A DNA stretch of 64,000 nucleotides from Gemmatimonadota bacterium (lineage in GTDB: Bacteria; Gemmatimonadota; Gemmatimonadetes; Longimicrobiales; Gaopeijiaceae): the NCBI GenBank assembly GCA_022563405.1, contig JADFNK010000001.1, positions 33,980 to 97,979 of the forward strand, given 5' to 3'. The notes below the pieces were generated by a model, which worked only from the letters and a program-made list of their open reading frames with translations, did not search any database and was not told where the DNA came from. Positions 33,685 through 43,286 of this stretch are shown here, piece after piece. The translations under genes and the position numbers were made by a program. The first letter of the stretch is position 1, and every line of letters starts with the position of its first letter.

Positions 33685-35511
33685 ATGATCAGGAACATCG
33701 CTATCATCGCACACGTGGATCATGGCAAGACCACGCTGGTGGACCAAATGCTCCGCCAGACGGGCGTCTTTCGTGCAAACGAGAAGGTGCAGGATCGCGT
33801 ACTCGACTCCAACCCGCTCGAGCGGGAACGAGGGATCACCATTCTTGCCAAGAATACGTCGGTCCGGTGGGGCGATGTAAAAATCAACATCGTCGATACG
33901 CCGGGCCACGCCGATTTCGGTGGTGAGGTCGAGCGTATCTTGCGTATGGTCGATGGGGTGCTGCTGCTGGTGGACGCCGCTGAAGGCCCCATGCCGCAGA
34001 CGCGGTTCGTGACCCGCAAGGCGCTGGACCTCGGGCTCCAACCGATTGTGCTCGTCAACAAGGTCGATCGATCGGATGCCCGTGTGATCGAGGTTCACGA
34101 CGAGATCCTAGAGCTCTTCATGAGCCTCGAAGCTTCCGACGCGCAACTGGATGCTCCTTTTCTTTATGGCGTCGGACGAGACGGCTGGGTCAGCCGTGAC
34201 CCAGAGGCGTCGGACGGAGATCTGGGACCGCTCTTCGAGACCATCATCGAGGCCATTGCCGCCCCGCTGGTGGATCCAGACGGCGCGTTCCAGATGCTGA
34301 TCTCCACGCTCGACCACTCGAACTACGTGGGGCGCATCGGAATCGGACGGATCGAGCGCGGGAGGGTGGCCGTCGGGGACGATGTCGTTCTGCTGTCGCT
34401 GGGGGACCCAGGTCTGGTCGGCCCCGATGAGGCGACGCCGGGTCGAGTCGTAAAGCTCTATGGATTCGAGGGTCTGGAGCGCATCGACATCCAGGTCGGG
34501 GACGCCGGGGACATTGTGGCGATAGCGGGCATCGAGGGAGTGGAGATCGGAAAGACCATCACCGATGTTCAGGTGCGCGAGCGGTTACGCGGGATTGCGG
34601 TGGAGGAGCCTACGCTCTCCGTGGACTTCACCATAAACGATTCACCCTTCGCGGGCCGATCGGGGAAGTTTGTGACTACCCGTCAGGTTCGCGACCGGCT
34701 GATGAAGGAACTCGAGCGTAATGTCGCTCTCCGGGTCGAGGAGACCGACGAGGCCGACACCTTCACCGTTTCGGGCCGGGGCGAGTTACATCTCTCGATT
34801 CTCATGGAGACGATGCGCCGGGAGGGATACGAGTTCCAGGTTTCACGGCCACGGGTTATCGAGAAGAAGGGACCCGAGGGTCTGCTCGAGCCGTTTGAAG
34901 AGGCCGTCATCGAGATCCCGGAACAGTACATCGGTGTGGTGATGGAGAAGATGGGTCCTCGGCGAGGTGAAATGGTCGAGATGAGGCCGACGGACAGGGG
35001 CCCTGTCCGGCTTCGGTTCCGGGTGCCCGCTCGGGGGCTCTTCGGATACCGGTCCGAGTTCATGACGGACACCAGGGGCGAGGGCACCCTCCACCACCGA
35101 TTCCTGGAGTACGGCCCGCATGTGGGACCCCTGGTTGGCCGCAAGAAGGGGGTGCTCGTGGCCGACCGGGAGGGATTCGCGGTGGGTTTCGCCCTCTTCA
35201 ACCTTCAGGAACGCGCCACGATGTTCGTGCGACCGGGGGACGAGGTATACATGGGCATGATCGTGGGGGAGCATGTGCGCCCGGGTGATCTGGACGTGAA
35301 TGCCTGCAAGGCCAAGAAGCTCACCAACATGCGGACTACGTCCACGGATGAGAACATCAAGTTGGAGCCGCCCCGGGATCTGACCCTCGAACTCGCACTG
35401 GAGTTCATCGAAGACGATGAGTTGATCGAGATCACGCCGACGCGGATCGTCTTGAGAAAGAGGCATCTGGATCCCATCGCCCGAAAGAAAGCTGCCCGTA
35501 AGAAGGCTTGA
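33685..35511 (+). CDS. typA: Translational GTPase TypA/BipA
   Basis: 608 aa. [28 protein letters not shown], and full-length BipA-like sequence. Confidence 0.97.
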   Translation: MIRNIAIIAHVDHGKTTLVDQMLRQTGVFRANEKVQDRVLDSNPLERERGITILAKNTSVRWGDVKINIVDTPGHADFGGEVERILRMVDGVLLLVDAAEGPMPQTRFVTRKALDLGLQPIVLVNKVDRSDARVIEVHDEILELFMSLEASDAQLDAPFLYGVGRDGWVSRDPEASDGDLGPLFETIIEAIAAPLVDPDGAFQMLISTLDHSNYVGRIGIGRIERGRVAVGDDVVLLSLGDPGLVGPDEATPGRVVKLYGFEGLERIDIQVGDAGDIVAIAGIEGVEIGKTITDVQVRERLRGIAVEEPTLSVDFTINDSPFAGRSGKFVTTRQVRDRLMKELERNVALRVEETDEADTFTVSGRGELHLSILMETMRREGYEFQVSRPRVIEKKGPEGLLEPFEEAVIEIPEQYIGVVMEKMGPRRGEMVEMRPTDRGPVRLRFRVPARGLFGYRSEFMTDTRGEGTLHHRFLEYGPHVGPLVGRKKGVLVADREGFAVGFALFNLQERATMFVRPGDEVYMGMIVGEHVRPGDLDVNACKAKKLTNMRTTSTDENIKLEPPRDLTLELALEFIEDDELIEITPTRIVLRKRHLDPIARKKAARKKA

Positions 35512-35512
35512 A

Positions 35513-36022
35513 GTGGCAATTTTCCAAAAAGATCTCGTCGTGGAGAACAACCACCCCTTGAACCTCGTCGAGGCAGAGGAGATCGATGAAGTGTCGGTCA
35601 CCCGCCCGCCGATCTTCGAGGTGTATATGCGCATGGCGGAGGAGTTGGCCAAACGGAGCACCTGTGCCAGGCTCAAGGTAGGGACGGTCATCACGGACCG
35701 GCACCTCGAGAACGTCCTCGCGATCGGCTACAACGGGAACGCGCGAAGTTTTCCGAACGAGTGCGACGGACCGACCCCCGGGGCGTGTGGTTGCATCCAT
35801 TCGGAACAAAATGCTCTCGTAAAGGCTCCGGGAAGTGTCAGGGACAAGGTGGCTTTCGTGACCGCGAGCCCATGTGTGACCTGCGCCAAATTGCTCATCC
35901 AGGGCAACATCTCGCACTTCTTTTACCGCGAGCTCTACCGGGATCCGTCCGGCCTCGAAGTTCTGGACCGCGGGGGTGTGACTACGGTCCACTACGTTCG
36001 CTGGATGCAGGATTGGCGCTGA
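35513..36022 (+). CDS. Deoxycytidylate (dCMP)/cytidine deaminase family protein
   Basis: HSEQNAL and PCVTCAKLL are the zinc-binding motifs. The start is uncertain: GTG 35513 or an internal codon near MRMAEELAKRSTC. Confidence 0.82.
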   Translation: MAIFQKDLVVENNHPLNLVEAEEIDEVSVTRPPIFEVYMRMAEELAKRSTCARLKVGTVITDRHLENVLAIGYNGNARSFPNECDGPTPGACGCIHSEQNALVKAPGSVRDKVAFVTASPCVTCAKLLIQGNISHFFYRELYRDPSGLEVLDRGGVTTVHYVRWMQDWR

Positions 36023-36177
36023 CGTTTACCGGACTTCCAGAACTCATGAGTCACGTTATCTTCCGGCCCTCGTCACCGACTCCGGGTGTGCCCACCGTCC
36101 GCCGGTCCGGCTCCCGAAGCGTCGGGATTCGTTTTTGCCGAATCACAGCGTAACAGCGCCTGCGTAGGAGATCATTC

Positions 36178-37302
36178 GTGGAGTTGTCCCCCGTGGAGTT
36201 GTCCCCCATAGAGAGTACTCCGTTTGGCCGCTTCTTTCTTCCCGGTCCGACGGAGATTCATCCCGAGGTGCTGAGCGCCCAGACCAAGGCGATGATCGGG
36301 CACCGAGGGCCGGCCATCAAGGAGCTCATCGGCGAGTTGCAGACCGGGCTCCGCGATCTGTTTCGCACGGAGAGTCCGGTTCTGATATCGACATCATCGG
36401 CGACCGGTTTGATGGAGGCTGCCGTTCGGAACGGGGTCCGATCTCGCGTTTTGAGTTTGGTCAACGGTGCGTTCAGCCAGCGGTTCGGCCAGATCGCGGA
36501 GGCTTGCGGATTCGAGGTCGAGAAGCTCGAGGTGGAGTGGGGCCAGATCAATACCGCCGACCAGGTGCGTGAAAGGCTTGCTTCCGGTGGGTTCGATGCT
36601 GTGACGGTCGTTCACTCCGAGACCTCGACCGGGGCGTTGAACCCCATCAGAGAGATCTCCGAGGCGGTCCGAGAACAGGACGACGTGGTGCTTCTCGTAG
36701 ACTCGGTGACGGGGGTGGGCGGGGCCGAGGTTCGAACCGACGAATGGGCTTTGGACTTCGTGCTCACGGGATCCCAGAAGGCTCTCGCGTTACCCCCCGG
36801 CCTCGCCTTCGGTGTTGCTTCGGAGCGCCTCATGACCCGTTCGGCCGCTGCTACGCGGAAGGGGGTCTACTTCGATTTGGTGACGTTCCGGAAACAACTC
36901 GACAACCTCCAGACGCCGACAACGCCCGCGGTTTCACTCATGTACGCCTTGGCCAAGCAGTTGGACCGGATCCGGCTGGAGGGGTTGGAAGCTCGATGGG
37001 ACCGGCACCAGGCGATGGCCGACCGGTGTGTCCAGTGGGTGGACATGATGAGAGAACAGAGAGGGGTCGCCCTGTCCGTACTTGCGCCCGAGGGGTCGCG
37101 TTCCCCGACCGTGACCTGTGTGGCGCTTCCCGAGGGGACGACCGGGCCGTCGGTGGTCTCGGCGATGAAAGAGAGAGGGTTCACCATCGGTGGTGGGTAC
37201 GGAAAGCTGAAGGAGACGGCGTTCCGGGTCGGCCATATGGGCGATCATACCGTTGCCGAACTCGATGCGGTGCTGGACGCCCTCGGGGAGGTGCTCACGT
37301 GA
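36178..37302 (+). CDS. Class V aminotransferase (serine-pyruvate/phosphoserine aminotransferase-like)
   Basis: 374 aa. FLPGPTEIHPEV, TGSQKALALPPG with the PLP Lys. Its stop overlaps the serA start (GTGA). Confidence 0.85.
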   Translation: MELSPVELSPIESTPFGRFFLPGPTEIHPEVLSAQTKAMIGHRGPAIKELIGELQTGLRDLFRTESPVLISTSSATGLMEAAVRNGVRSRVLSLVNGAFSQRFGQIAEACGFEVEKLEVEWGQINTADQVRERLASGGFDAVTVVHSETSTGALNPIREISEAVREQDDVVLLVDSVTGVGGAEVRTDEWALDFVLTGSQKALALPPGLAFGVASERLMTRSAAATRKGVYFDLVTFRKQLDNLQTPTTPAVSLMYALAKQLDRIRLEGLEARWDRHQAMADRCVQWVDMMREQRGVALSVLAPEGSRSPTVTCVALPEGTTGPSVVSAMKERGFTIGGGYGKLKETAFRVGHMGDHTVAELDAVLDALGEVLT

Positions 37303-38903
37303 GCGAGAAATTCGTGGTCATAGCGGCCGACAAGATCTCCCTTTCAGGCCTTGCACCCCTGACGGAGGACGACCGCTTCGAGGTTCTGGTGCCCGACGAC
37401 TGGAGCCCCGAGGAGATGAAGGAGGCATTGGGCCGGGCTCACGGCCTCATCGTACGCAGCGCCACCAAGGTGACCCGTGAACTTCTGGACCAGGCTCCGA
37501 ATCTGAAGGTAGTCGGCCGAGCAGGGGTGGGAGTCGACAACATCGATCTCGACGTCGCAACGGAACTCGGGATCCCGGTGATCAACGCCCCGGAGGGTAA
37601 CACCGTATCCGCCGCTGAGCTCGCGATGGCCCTCATCTTGACGGTCGCGCGCAATATTTCGTGGGCAGATGCCTCGGTGCGGGGCGGAGCATGGGCTCGA
37701 TCTCAGTTCTCTGGGATGGAGATTCGCGGCAAGACGCTCGGACTGGTCGGTGCGGGTCGGATCGGGACGGCGGTGGCTCTACGCGCCCAGGCCTTCGGTA
37801 TGGAAACGATCGCTTACGATCCGTACCTGACGGAGGAGCGTGCCAAGGACCTGGGGATCGAGCGGGTGGAGCTCGACGACCTGATCACTCGCGGAGATGT
37901 GATCTCCTTACACGTTCCGCTCACGCCGCAAACCGAGGGCATGATCGGCGAGGCTCAACTCAAGGCCATGAAACCCACGGCCATCCTGATCAACGCTGCG
38001 CGGGGCGGGGTGGTGGACGAGGGTGCTCTGATCGCGGCGCTCGAGTCGGGGGAAATCGCGGCCGCTGCGCTCGACGTGTACGTCACCGAGCCCCTTCCCG
38101 AGGACAGCCCGTTGAGGGGCACCAAGAACTTGGTTCTCACGCCGCATCTCGGGGCCTCCACAGCCGAAGCTCAGGAGCTGGTCGCAAACGAGATCGCGCA
38201 GGGCGTGAGGGCGGCGCTGCTCGAAGGCGACCTGTCCAAGGCGCTGAACGCACCTGCGATCGGAGGGGAAGATCTCGAAGATCTCAAGCCGCTCATGGAT
38301 CTCGCGCGCAGGGTCGGGCGAGTGGCCGGTGTCCTGGGTCGGGGCGGCATGCAGAGGGTCGAAATCTCGGTCGCGGGGCTCGACCAGGAGATTCTCGGGC
38401 CGTTGACGGCGGCCGCCATGACTGGAGTGCTGACGCCCGTCGTGGGCGCGCGCAACGTCAACTACGTCAACGCCCTCCATCTCGCTGAAGGGCGGGGTAT
38501 CAAAATTGCGACGCTGCTGCAGCCCCCGCGGAAGGACTATGCCAAGTTCCTCGAGATCGTTCTCGAAACCGAGGACCAGAAGGTACGCGTGGCCGGTGCG
38601 TTACTGGGTGAACAGCGTCATCCTCGGATCGTACTGATCGACGGGTACGAGCTGAGCGTCCAACCTGAAGGGTGCCTGATCATACTCAGGAACAATGACG
38701 TCCCCGGTGTCATCGGGCGGGTAGGGACACTCTTGGCCGAGCACGGCTTGAACATCGCCGAGTACATTCAGTCGAGGGAGGCCAAGGGTGGCTTGGCGTT
38801 GGCGGCAGTGTCCGTCGATGACAAGGTCAGCCCCGAGTTCCTCGAGATCCTGAGCAAGGACGAGGATATCCTGGACGCCCGGGCCGTTTATTTCGACGAT
38901 TGA
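37299..38903 (+). CDS. serA: D-3-phosphoglycerate dehydrogenase with C-terminal ACT domain
   Basis: In-frame GTG at 37299 within ORF 36744..38903 (VSEKFVVIAADKIS...). NAD site GLVGAGRIG, catalytic region NAARGG...TPHLGAST, and an ACT-like tail. The upstream 185 codons overlap the aminotransferase and are Arg/Gly-rich junk. Confidence 0.92.
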   Translation: MSEKFVVIAADKISLSGLAPLTEDDRFEVLVPDDWSPEEMKEALGRAHGLIVRSATKVTRELLDQAPNLKVVGRAGVGVDNIDLDVATELGIPVINAPEGNTVSAAELAMALILTVARNISWADASVRGGAWARSQFSGMEIRGKTLGLVGAGRIGTAVALRAQAFGMETIAYDPYLTEERAKDLGIERVELDDLITRGDVISLHVPLTPQTEGMIGEAQLKAMKPTAILINAARGGVVDEGALIAALESGEIAAAALDVYVTEPLPEDSPLRGTKNLVLTPHLGASTAEAQELVANEIAQGVRAALLEGDLSKALNAPAIGGEDLEDLKPLMDLARRVGRVAGVLGRGGMQRVEISVAGLDQEILGPLTAAAMTGVLTPVVGARNVNYVNALHLAEGRGIKIATLLQPPRKDYAKFLEIVLETEDQKVRVAGALLGEQRHPRIVLIDGYELSVQPEGCLIILRNNDVPGVIGRVGTLLAEHGLNIAEYIQSREAKGGLALAAVSVDDKVSPEFLEILSKDEDILDARAVYFDD

Positions 38904-38932
38904 GCGCCGACGGTGGCGCCGCAACCCGAAGG

Positions 38933-39868
38933 TCAGCCGACGGTATCGATCAGGAGCAGGCCCAAGAGCAGGGGCTGGTAGAGAAGAGACCAGAGAAAAA
39001 CTCGCCGGGCCCGGGGTCGCGACATCTGGGCCGCTGCAGCCACTGAAAAGCCGAGAGTGATCAGCCCCAAGACGAAGGCGCCGACCAGGTAGATCTGGCC
39101 TGTGAGCCCCAGGAACGTGGGTAGGCCGCTGATCGCCAACAGGGACACCGAGTGATATACCATGTGCCTGCCGATTTGCAGGCCCTCGGGGTCGCTCGGA
39201 GGGCTCAGGAAAAATCCGACACGCGCGTAGTCCTCCCGGAGTAACCAGGCGAGCGCAAGGACGTGTGGGAGCTGCCAAAGGAAGGCAATACAGAACAGTA
39301 TGACGGCGCCGAACTCCACGGTGCCCGTCGCCGCGCTCCATCCGATCAGAGCTGGAAAGGCGCCCGGTACGGCCCCTACGAGGGTGGCAAGGTACGACCG
39401 GGTCTTGAGGGGTGTGTAGGCGAGAATGTATGCCGCGGCCGAGGCCGCTGTGAGCACGGACGGCAACCAACCGACCATGAGCCCGAGATAGACCACTCCC
39501 ACCACAAGGAGTGCCCCCCCGAACGCCAATGCCTCCGCGGGGCGCAGCCGGCCCGACGGCAGAGGCCGCTTACTCGTGCGCGTCATGACGGCGTCTACTT
39601 CTCGTTCGACGTACTGGTTGAGGGCGAGTGCGCCGGCCGTCCCGAGGGCGACACCCAAGAGCGTGTGTATGAGCGGGAGGACTTCGACGCGGCCCCCAGA
39701 CGCCACGTAGTAGCTCACGCCGGCCGTCATCATGACGTAGCCGGTTATACCGGGCTTGGTGAGTTCGTAGAGCGCGCCGGCCTTGCCCCGTGCAGGCGTC
39801 TCATCCGGGGTTGAATCCGGTCCTGGATCCGGCGGTGGATCCGTTCGCGCTTCGACGGCTTCGGTCAT
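38933..39868 (-). CDS. ctaB: Protoheme IX farnesyltransferase (heme O synthase)
   Basis: 311 aa polytopic UbiA-family protein. LNQYVEREVDAVMTRTSKRPLPSGRL. Confidence 0.9.
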   Translation of the reverse strand: MTEAVEARTDPPPDPGPDSTPDETPARGKAGALYELTKPGITGYVMMTAGVSYYVASGGRVEVLPLIHTLLGVALGTAGALALNQYVEREVDAVMTRTSKRPLPSGRLRPAEALAFGGALLVVGVVYLGLMVGWLPSVLTAASAAAYILAYTPLKTRSYLATLVGAVPGAFPALIGWSAATGTVEFGAVILFCIAFLWQLPHVLALAWLLREDYARVGFFLSPPSDPEGLQIGRHMVYHSVSLLAISGLPTFLGLTGQIYLVGAFVLGLITLGFSVAAAAQMSRPRARRVFLWSLLYQPLLLGLLLIDTVG

Positions 39869-39951
39869 GGCGGCCCTCGTCGCCCCTCTCTTTGCCTCAG
39901 GTGTTTGGTTCTCAGGCGTTGGGAAATCCGGTCAGTGATGGTACGGCTCCG

Positions 39952-40773
39952 TCATCCGACCGAGTCCAGCGTGTCCCTCATCGATCGGGCCAGCCCCGTA
40001 AAAGCCGGGACGTCGAAAAGGGTGTAGGCCGACGCCTCGGTGAGACGAAGGGCCATGAGCAAATCGAGAAAACGCCCCGGATGGTCCGACTCGAAGGCGA
40101 CCACGAACTCCTGGTCGTCCAAGCCGTACGAGTAGGTCGTGTTGAGCTTCACGTCGGGCCACTGGTGGCCGACCCGGATGTGTTCGTCCATCATACGCTG
40201 ACGGTCTTCGTGGGGGAGCTTGTACCAGTCGCGGATTTTCGCCATCGGGTAGACGAAAAGATACTCGGAGCCTTGCGGATTGATGGCGACGCGGGCCGAA
40301 TCGATCGCGTCCTCACCGCCGTACGTCCGCACGTACTCCTTCTCGTAACGGTTGAGGTAGATGGACCGTTTCGTCATGGCGAAGTACGAGTGCGGCAAGG
40401 AGAGGTATCCGCCCAGGCCGGTCTGGTTCAACGCGGCCGCGAAATCATGGAGTTGGCTCAGGTCTCGAGCGGCTTGCCAGAGCAGAAAATCCGCGTCGCC
40501 GCGGGTCCCGACCAGCGCGTAGCTGTAGATCATCATCTCGCGGACGCGCGCCGCCACTACCGACTCGAACTCATCTTTGTGCGCGGTTCGTTCCTCGCGG
40601 GAAAGTCTACGCCAGGCGGGGTCCACCTTGAATACCGAAAAGCGAACGAACTCGCGCTCCTTCATCTTCTCCTGCTCGGCTTGGATCTTTTCCCATGCGT
40701 CTCCGTCCATCGCGGGTCGCTTCGGGAAATTCGGGCGTACGCCCCGCGGGACGTTTTGCTTCGTATCGGTCAT
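39952..40773 (-). CDS. hemQ: Chlorite-dismutase-family protein (HemQ/coproheme decarboxylase-like)
   Basis: Internal ATG (MTDTKQNVPRG...) of ORF 39952..41016. FSVFKVDPAWRRL, YSYALVGTRGDADFLLW, FVYPMAKIRDWY, MMDEHIRVGH. Confidence 0.82.
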   Translation of the reverse strand: MTDTKQNVPRGVRPNFPKRPAMDGDAWEKIQAEQEKMKEREFVRFSVFKVDPAWRRLSREERTAHKDEFESVVAARVREMMIYSYALVGTRGDADFLLWQAARDLSQLHDFAAALNQTGLGGYLSLPHSYFAMTKRSIYLNRYEKEYVRTYGGEDAIDSARVAINPQGSEYLFVYPMAKIRDWYKLPHEDRQRMMDEHIRVGHQWPDVKLNTTYSYGLDDQEFVVAFESDHPGRFLDLLMALRLTEASAYTLFDVPAFTGLARSMRDTLDSVG

Positions 40774-40866
40774 GGCTCGGCTCGTGGGATGGTGGCCCCC
40801 GGGCGGGCTCCCGGGGAGCCTCGAAAGTGCAGAAACTGGAGAACCGGAGCAAGGCGGCTCGGATGC

Positions 40867-40902
40867 AGAAGGCTGTTGAAGGAGTACAGCGGGTCGCGCA
40901 CA
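40867..40902 (+). repeat. Conserved intergenic element, copy B (AGAAGGCTGTTGAAGGAGTACAGCGGGTCGCGCACA)
   Basis: Lies in the hemQ/TonB-like divergent region. In this copy AAGGCTGTTG (40869-40878) pairs with CAACAGCCTT (40901-40910). Confidence 0.6.
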
Positions 40903-40930
40903 ACAGCCTTCCAGGGGCTGGATACGAAAC

Positions 40931-41689
40931 ATGCGCGGGCGAGAGACAGTAGTATCACCTACGTTGTCCCTCTTTCGCCGGAGCCGACCGATCTCGTCCA
41001 CGACCACCCTAGCCACTCACGGTTTGAGCAACGCCGAACGGCGCGTCGGTGAGCGAGCGCTTTGGCGGAGTGGATTTGCCGGAGCCGTGATCGTGCATCT
41101 TCTCATCTTCTTTCTTTGGTGGGGTGAGGCGGAGTTGGTGTCTCCGTTTGCGGCGGCGGGACCGCGGGCCGGGGATAATCGGGCGGCGTCCGGCGGTATG
41201 CAGACCGTGAACATCCGTGTGCCCCCGCCGCGGCCTATCATCCGGCCTCTGGTGCCGCTCCTGAGTTTCGACCCTGTGCCTCTGGAGGAGTTGTTGGATG
41301 AGGACCCGCAGCAGCAGATCGAGACGGCGTCCATCCTGGGCGACCGTCCGGGTGTCGATGGCCCGGGGTTACCCGATGCGGACGGGCGCGGTGACGGTGG
41401 GACCGCCGAGTCGGGCCTGTTCCGTAACGTGCCGCCCACACCTATCCACATGATTATTCCGCTGTGTGAGCGGGGCTGCCGACAGCCGATCGAGGTGTGG
41501 GTCTTCGTGGACGAATACGGACAGGTGGTGGCGGATTCAACTCGACTCCGTCCGCCCTCGTCCGACCGGGCCACCAACGAGCGCCTAATCCGGGAGGCGG
41601 CGGAGTTTTTGTACCGGCCAGCGACGAAGGGTGGGAAACCCGTGGCTTCCTGGACCTTTTATGAGGTCAGTAGGGGTGGAGGTGGATAA
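40931..41689 (+). CDS. TonB-like protein (TM anchor, Pro-rich linker, TonB-C-like end)
   Basis: 252 aa. GAVIVHLLIFFLWW anchor, PPPRPIIRPLVP linker, C-terminal VWVFVDEYGQVV...KGGKPVASW. Confidence 0.55.
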   Translation: MRGRETVVSPTLSLFRRSRPISSTTTLATHGLSNAERRVGERALWRSGFAGAVIVHLLIFFLWWGEAELVSPFAAAGPRAGDNRAASGGMQTVNIRVPPPRPIIRPLVPLLSFDPVPLEELLDEDPQQQIETASILGDRPGVDGPGLPDADGRGDGGTAESGLFRNVPPTPIHMIIPLCERGCRQPIEVWVFVDEYGQVVADSTRLRPPSSDRATNERLIREAAEFLYRPATKGGKPVASWTFYEVSRGGGG

Positions 41690-41696
41690 CTCTGCC

Positions 41697-43277
41697 ATGA
41701 AGCCGTCGGGAAAACGAATCCTCTGGGTCGACGACGAGATCGACCTTCTCAAGCCGCATCTACTCTTTCTGCAAGCGCGTGGATACCACGTGGACGTGAT
41801 CACGAATGGGGACGACTCCCTCGTTCTGATGCGTGAGAACGCGTACGACCTCATTCTGTTGGACGAGCAGATGCCGGGGCGGAGCGGCCTGGAGGTTCTG
41901 GAGATCATGCGCCGCGAGGACCCACACATCCGGGTCGTTATGGTGACCAAGTCGGCTGAAGATCAGACCATGACGGACGCGATCGGACGGCGGGTGGCCG
42001 ACTATCTCGTGAAGCCGACGAGTCCTCGCCAGGTCCTTTCGGTCGTCACCCGCATTCTGGAAGGGTCTACGATCCGCCAGCAGCGTACGGCGCAAGATTT
42101 CGCGGCTCGCTTCGGGCGGCTCTCGCGGAAGCGCGAAGAGGCGAACACTCCCGCTGATTTCGCCGAGCTCTACATCGAACTGACGGGCTGGCACATCAGC
42201 CTTGAAGAAACCGAGGAGCGGGGGCTCCTCGATACCGTGCAGTCGCTGATGACCGACCTACGTTCGGACTTCGGCCGTTGGGTGGGACGCGAATATGCGG
42301 GATGGCTGAGAGATGAAGGGGATAGGCCCCTCCTCTCGGTGGACATCGTTCGGGAGCACCTGCTCCCACTCCTTGGGCCCTCGCCCGTTTTTTTGGTCGT
42401 GTTGGACTGTATGCGCCTGGACCAGTGGCGGGTGATCGCCCCGCTACTAGCTCCGTACTTCGAGATCGAGGAGTCGTACCACTATTCGATTCTTCCCACG
42501 GCCACACCGTATGCGAGAAACGCGATCTTCAGCGGCCAGTTCCCGGACGAGATCGCGCGAGACCACCCCGGCTGGTGGAACAAGTCGGACGACGAGGGCA
42601 GCCTCAACGCGTTCGAGGACGAGCTTCTTATCAAACAGCTGCAGCGCCTCACCGGAAGGCACATCCCGGTTCACTACGAGAAGATCTTCACTGACAAACA
42701 GGAAGATCAGGTGCGTGGCCGCGTCCGGTCAGCGCTCAAGAAGCCCCACTCCGTCATCGCGATGGTTTTCAACTTCGTCGACCTCATGACACACGGGCGA
42801 AGCGAATCGCCCATTCTGATGGAGGTGGCCAAGGACGAGGCTGCGCTCCGCGGGCTGACCCGGGCCTGGTTCAAACGATCGACCGCGTTCTCTGTTCTCA
42901 AGGAAGCCGCTGCCGCCGGCCACAAAGTGATCATGACCACCGATCACGGCTCGATCCTTTGCCAGAGGCCGGCGACCGTCTTTGCCCGAAGGGACGCAAC
43001 CAGCAACCTCCGGTACAAGTTCGGTCAGGACCTGAGGACCGAGAAGGCCAATACAGCGTTTTCCACCAGTCGGTCGGAGGACCTCCGTTTTCCCAAGGGG
43101 AAACTCGGTGTGACGTACGCGTTGGCCGTCGACGACTACTTCTTCGTGTATCCGACCAAGTTGAGGGAATACCAGCGCCGATACCGCAACTCGTTCCTGC
43201 ACGGGGGCATCTCCCCAGAGGAGATGATCGTCCCGGTCGCGCGCCTTACGCCGCGTGGTCGCGGCCCCACACGTTAA
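41697..43277 (+). CDS. Response regulator receiver fused to a PglZ/alkaline-phosphatase-superfamily domain (PorX-like)
   Basis: Internal ATG (MKPSGKRILWVDDEIDLL...) of ORF 41631..43277. Receiver motifs DLILLDEQMPG and VTKS, followed by a ~400-aa PglZ-like region (VVLDCMRLDQW, TTDHGS). Confidence 0.82.
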   Translation: MKPSGKRILWVDDEIDLLKPHLLFLQARGYHVDVITNGDDSLVLMRENAYDLILLDEQMPGRSGLEVLEIMRREDPHIRVVMVTKSAEDQTMTDAIGRRVADYLVKPTSPRQVLSVVTRILEGSTIRQQRTAQDFAARFGRLSRKREEANTPADFAELYIELTGWHISLEETEERGLLDTVQSLMTDLRSDFGRWVGREYAGWLRDEGDRPLLSVDIVREHLLPLLGPSPVFLVVLDCMRLDQWRVIAPLLAPYFEIEESYHYSILPTATPYARNAIFSGQFPDEIARDHPGWWNKSDDEGSLNAFEDELLIKQLQRLTGRHIPVHYEKIFTDKQEDQVRGRVRSALKKPHSVIAMVFNFVDLMTHGRSESPILMEVAKDEAALRGLTRAWFKRSTAFSVLKEAAAAGHKVIMTTDHGSILCQRPATVFARRDATSNLRYKFGQDLRTEKANTAFSTSRSEDLRFPKGKLGVTYALAVDDYFFVYPTKLREYQRRYRNSFLHGGISPEEMIVPVARLTPRGRGPTR

Positions 43278-43286
43278 TCTGTCGGC

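Noticed and set aside
36744-37298. 185-codon N-terminal extension of the serA ORF
   Set aside because: It overlaps the class-V aminotransferase in another frame and has junk-like Arg/Gly-rich sequence. The GTG at 37299 gives a canonical SerA N-terminus and a GTGA coupling.
39790-41052. 420-aa plus-strand ORF
   Set aside because: It is antisense to the HemQ-like gene, has low-complexity sequence and no motifs.
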